A stretch of DNA of 64,000 nucleotides, taken from NCBI GenBank assembly GCA_963806535.1, contig CAWDYC010000003.1, forward strand, positions 416,001 through 480,000. Reading direction: 5' to 3'. Positions 60,942 through 64,000 of this stretch are shown here, piece by piece (position 1 is the first letter of the stretch; each line of letters begins with the position of its first letter). Both the position numbers and the translations under genes were made by a program. The notes beneath the pieces are model-generated. The model had not been told where the DNA came from, made no database searches, and saw only the letters and a list, made by a program, of their open reading frames with translations. This stretch comes from Candidatus Bathyarchaeota archaeon (GTDB lineage: Archaea; Thermoproteota; Bathyarchaeia; Bathyarchaeales; Bathycorpusculaceae).

Positions 60942-61877
60942 ATGCCTGCGCAAGTGGTTTACCAAACAAATTCAGATTTGATTGCATCCTACGAAGCCAT
61001 GGTTAAAAATCCGCTTGTAGTGGCCGACATGACAGAGAAAGGTCTGTTATGGTTCAAGTTCAAAGATAATCATCCCGTTTTTCAGCTGTCGTCTGAGGGA
61101 AAGTTGCAAGTTAAGTGGACTGATGTTTCTGAGAAGAGAACGTTGCATAGGCTTGTTAAGAATCTGCTAATAGCTAAGGCGAACGAAAAACTTGTAATAA
61201 AACCCCTTAGACAGCAAACATGGATACAATATCCTGCTCCTGAATCATTCAAACTCTATTGGTGCGACATAGAATCCGAATATACGTTAAAGGAGCCAGA
61301 AAAGCCCACCACCTCCGATATTCAAGCGGATAGCGACTTATCTAAAAAAAGAATTTACCCTTGGGCTGAAAAGGAGAAAATAGAGAGAGCAAATGTTATG
61401 AAAGCTGTAGATGATTTAAGGCATCAATTCAGTTTTTTTAGAGAGCCAACAGTTAATGAGGTAGCATTAAAATCAGGCTGTCTCAATTCGGAGCCCTTGA
61501 AACTTGGTTTAATGTTCTCACATTGTAAACCTGAATCTTGGGAAGGCGCTAGGTGGATCGCTGAGAGGGCAATCAACGTGGCAGGCTGGCTTTCGTTCAA
61601 AGAAAAGAACGAACTAAATCCACAGTTAATAGCCCTAACTCAACAGGCAATCAACAACTCTTCAATGGAAGTTATCGAACGCGCCCAAACTATACTTAAA
61701 AACTGTCCTGAAGTGGTACCGAAAGTTGATGTGACAGAACTGAAATGGCTAGAAGAAACCAAGGAAAAGTGGGTAGAAGTCTTTGGGTATCCGCCTCCTG
61801 AACCGCAAAGATGGATCTTGTGGCCAGCATCTTTAGGAAAAAATAATCCGTTACCAACTTTTTGTCCAAAAAGTTAA
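60942..61877 (+). CDS. Hypothetical protein divergent from RHH operon
   Basis: ATG after GGTGAG; internal FFREPTVNEVALKSG resembles an HTH start. Confidence 0.65.
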   Translation: MPAQVVYQTNSDLIASYEAMVKNPLVVADMTEKGLLWFKFKDNHPVFQLSSEGKLQVKWTDVSEKRTLHRLVKNLLIAKANEKLVIKPLRQQTWIQYPAPESFKLYWCDIESEYTLKEPEKPTTSDIQADSDLSKKRIYPWAEKEKIERANVMKAVDDLRHQFSFFREPTVNEVALKSGCLNSEPLKLGLMFSHCKPESWEGARWIAERAINVAGWLSFKEKNELNPQLIALTQQAINNSSMEVIERAQTILKNCPEVVPKVDVTELKWLEETKEKWVEVFGYPPPEPQRWILWPASLGKNNPLPTFCPKS

Positions 61878-62150
61878 GAAAATCTTAATTTTTAGAAAAT
61901 AAATAAAGCTGAAATGCGCTCTGAATAGACAAATCGGATCAATAATGGCCTAACGCTCACAAAAATAGTCCAAGTTTTAAGGTGTTTTTAGCGTAAAACT
62001 AGCCTAACTTGCGTGAGAAACAAGAATTTTGCGTTGTTTTGTTAATAAAGATTTTTGCATAAGAATTATATAAGTAAAATTATTTTTACTTATCTAATAA
62101 GCGTAAATTTTATAAGCTTAGAAGTAGTAGCTTGCTTGGTTGAAATTCAC

Positions 62151-63920
62151 ATGAAAAGTGATATGGCAGAATGGATAGACCGCCGCTACGACATCCTCTG
62201 GGAAGCGTTCGGCGACAAAACCTTCAGGTTCGAAGACGCAGCCAAGGTCCTAAAGGAAAAAAACAAAGACACTGAGGAGCAGGTACCAGTTTTCCTCTCT
62301 CAACTGCGAAAAGCAGGCTTTCTCTCTGCTGAATCCGATGCCCGGGATGCACGGCAAAAACTTTACCGCTTGCATAGCCGTGAAGCCAAGATTGCTGAAA
62401 AACTTGGACGCGGAGACATTGATGCCTTACTCAAGCGAGCTGCGGATCTAATTCGGACTCGTGTGGATTACAAGTTTATCCTCATACTGCTCTTCATGAA
62501 ACGCATCAGCGACAAGTGGGAGATGGAGTTTGAAGAAGCCTACAAAGAAGCCAAAGCCGACGGCCTAAGCGAAGAAGACGCAAGAGCTGAAGCCAAACGA
62601 GACGAATACCACCTCTTCAACCTCCCCGAAGAATACCTCTGGGAAAACCTCCGCAAAAACGTCAGCGGATTAACCGAACAGTTCTCCAAAGCACTCAAAG
62701 CCATAGCCGAGCAAAACCCTGAGCTCAAAGACATCGTAGACAGCGTTGATTTTATCCAGTTTGCAAGCAGCAGAGAAAACGCCGAAACCCTCCGACAACT
62801 CGTGGAGCTGTTCAGCGAGAAAAAACTCAACCACGTCTCCGCCGATGTTCTTGGTGATGCTTACGAGTGGATTCTGCGGTATTTTGCCCCAACCAAAGCT
62901 AAAGAAGGCGAAATATACACCCCCCGAGAAGTCATCAAACTGCTGATTGAGATTCTGGACCCCAAGCCCATGGAGAGCGTGTATGACCCTGCTTGCGGTT
63001 CAGGCGGCATGCTAATCGAAGCCTTCAAGCATGTGGAAGCAAAGTGCGGGTTTGAGGAAGCTCAGAAGCTGTTCTTGTTTGGGCAAGAAGTTAACCAGCG
63101 CACAATTGCCTTAGCAAAAATGAACATGTACATCCACGACATCCGAGATGCCCACCTGGAGTTTGGCGACACTTTCCTGTATCCCAAGTTCAAAGAAGGC
63201 GATGGCATAAAGCAGTTTGATGTGGTTTTGGCTAATCCCCCATGGAACCAAGACGGCTACGACGAAGAGGTCCTCAAGAAAGCTGAGTTCTACAAAAAAC
63301 GGTTCGAGCTTCGGTTTTGTCCCCCGCCAAAGCGCAGACTGGGCATGGATAGAACACATGCTTGCATCCGCCAAAGACAACGGCAGCAGAGTCGGCATAG
63401 TCATAGACAACGGCTGCCTATTCCGAGGCGGCAAAGAAAAAACCATCCGCACCGCAGTCCTAAGCCAAAAACACGACCTCATCGAAACCGTCATACTCCT
63501 ACCAGAAAAACTATTCTACAACACAGGCGCACCCGGAGCCATCATAATCTTCAACCAACACAAACCAACAGAACGCAAAGGCAAAGTACTATTCATAAAC
63601 GCCTCCAAAGAAGCAGAACAACACCCAGAAGTACGCAAACTAAACAGGCTATGCAGACGCCAACATAAAGAAAATCGCAGATGCATACAAGAATTTCAGC
63701 GAAGAAAAAGGCTTCTCACGAATTGTTCTCCTTCAAAGAGATAGAGCAGAATGACAGCAACCTGAACGTGACACTTTATGTTATGCAGGATGAGGAAAAC
63801 GAAGGAATTAACATAGCCCAAGAATACGCAGAACTCAAAGAACTGGAAAAGCAAAGGCAAGAAGTCGCAAACAAACTTGAACAATACATTTCTGAACTAA
63901 CCAAGCAATGGGTGACGTAA
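62151..63920 (+). CDS. hsdM: Type I R-M N6-adenine methyltransferase HsdM with N-terminal wHTH-like extension; +1 frameshifts near 63307, 63651, 63728
   Basis: LGDAYEWIL..GEIYTPREV, YDPACGSGG, GQE, LANPPW, ADWAWIEHM, LPEKLFYNTG. Confidence 0.9.
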
Positions 63921-63921
63921 G

Positions 63922-64000
63922 ATGATGTTTTACAAAGAAACTGATTTTCAAGAATCACCAATAGGCAAAATTCCCAAAGATTGGGAAGTACCAAAATTAG
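63922..64000 (+). CDS. hsdS: Type I R-M specificity subunit HsdS, 5' end (truncated by window)
   Basis: MMFYKETDFQESPIGKIPKDWEV directly after hsdM. Confidence 0.8.
   Translation, partial: MMFYKETDFQESPIGKIPKDWEVPKL

Larger units (their letters stand above)
56388..64000. mobile_element. Integrated element adjacent to tRNA-Ser (far end beyond window)
   Basis: Integrase ends 35 bp from the tRNA 3' end; followed by replication-like NTPase, RHH and type I R-M genes. Confidence 0.8.

Overview
Archaeal chromosomal window, most consistent with Bathyarchaeia (TACK). The basis is S26e, S3Ae, S6e, S24e, S27ae, aIF2-gamma, Rpo6/Rpo7/Spt4, Alba, thermosome, class I LysRS, CofD, a Fae-Hps fusion and large beta-propeller surface proteins. 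Most of the window is housekeeping DNA, with three tRNA genes: Arg-GCG, Glu-TTC and an intron-containing Ser-CGA. Three accessory insertions are visible. (1) A ~4.1 kb islet at the 3' end of tRNA-Arg (18-bp att duplication plus two matching ~30-bp palindromes) carries a PAS histidine kinase, a substrate-binding protein and a decayed gene. (2) A ~3.3 kb cassette with an 891-aa surface protein and the tail of a tyrosine integrase is bounded by an exact 14-bp direct repeat that looks like the rps6e promoter. (3) An integrated element next to tRNA-Ser (integrase, P-loop replication-like protein, RHH regulator, type I R-M) runs off the window end. Other points of interest are a TrpY-trpB2 divergon with tandem TRP boxes, an rpoK gene with no ATG/GTG/TTG start (probable ACG), an HTH fused to Fae-Hps, and a Ydj/Psp-like SPFH membrane module. 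Many genes, including the essential tmk, carry single-base (mostly +1) frameshifts that look like long-read assembly errors. All product calls come from motif recognition only; no searches were run.
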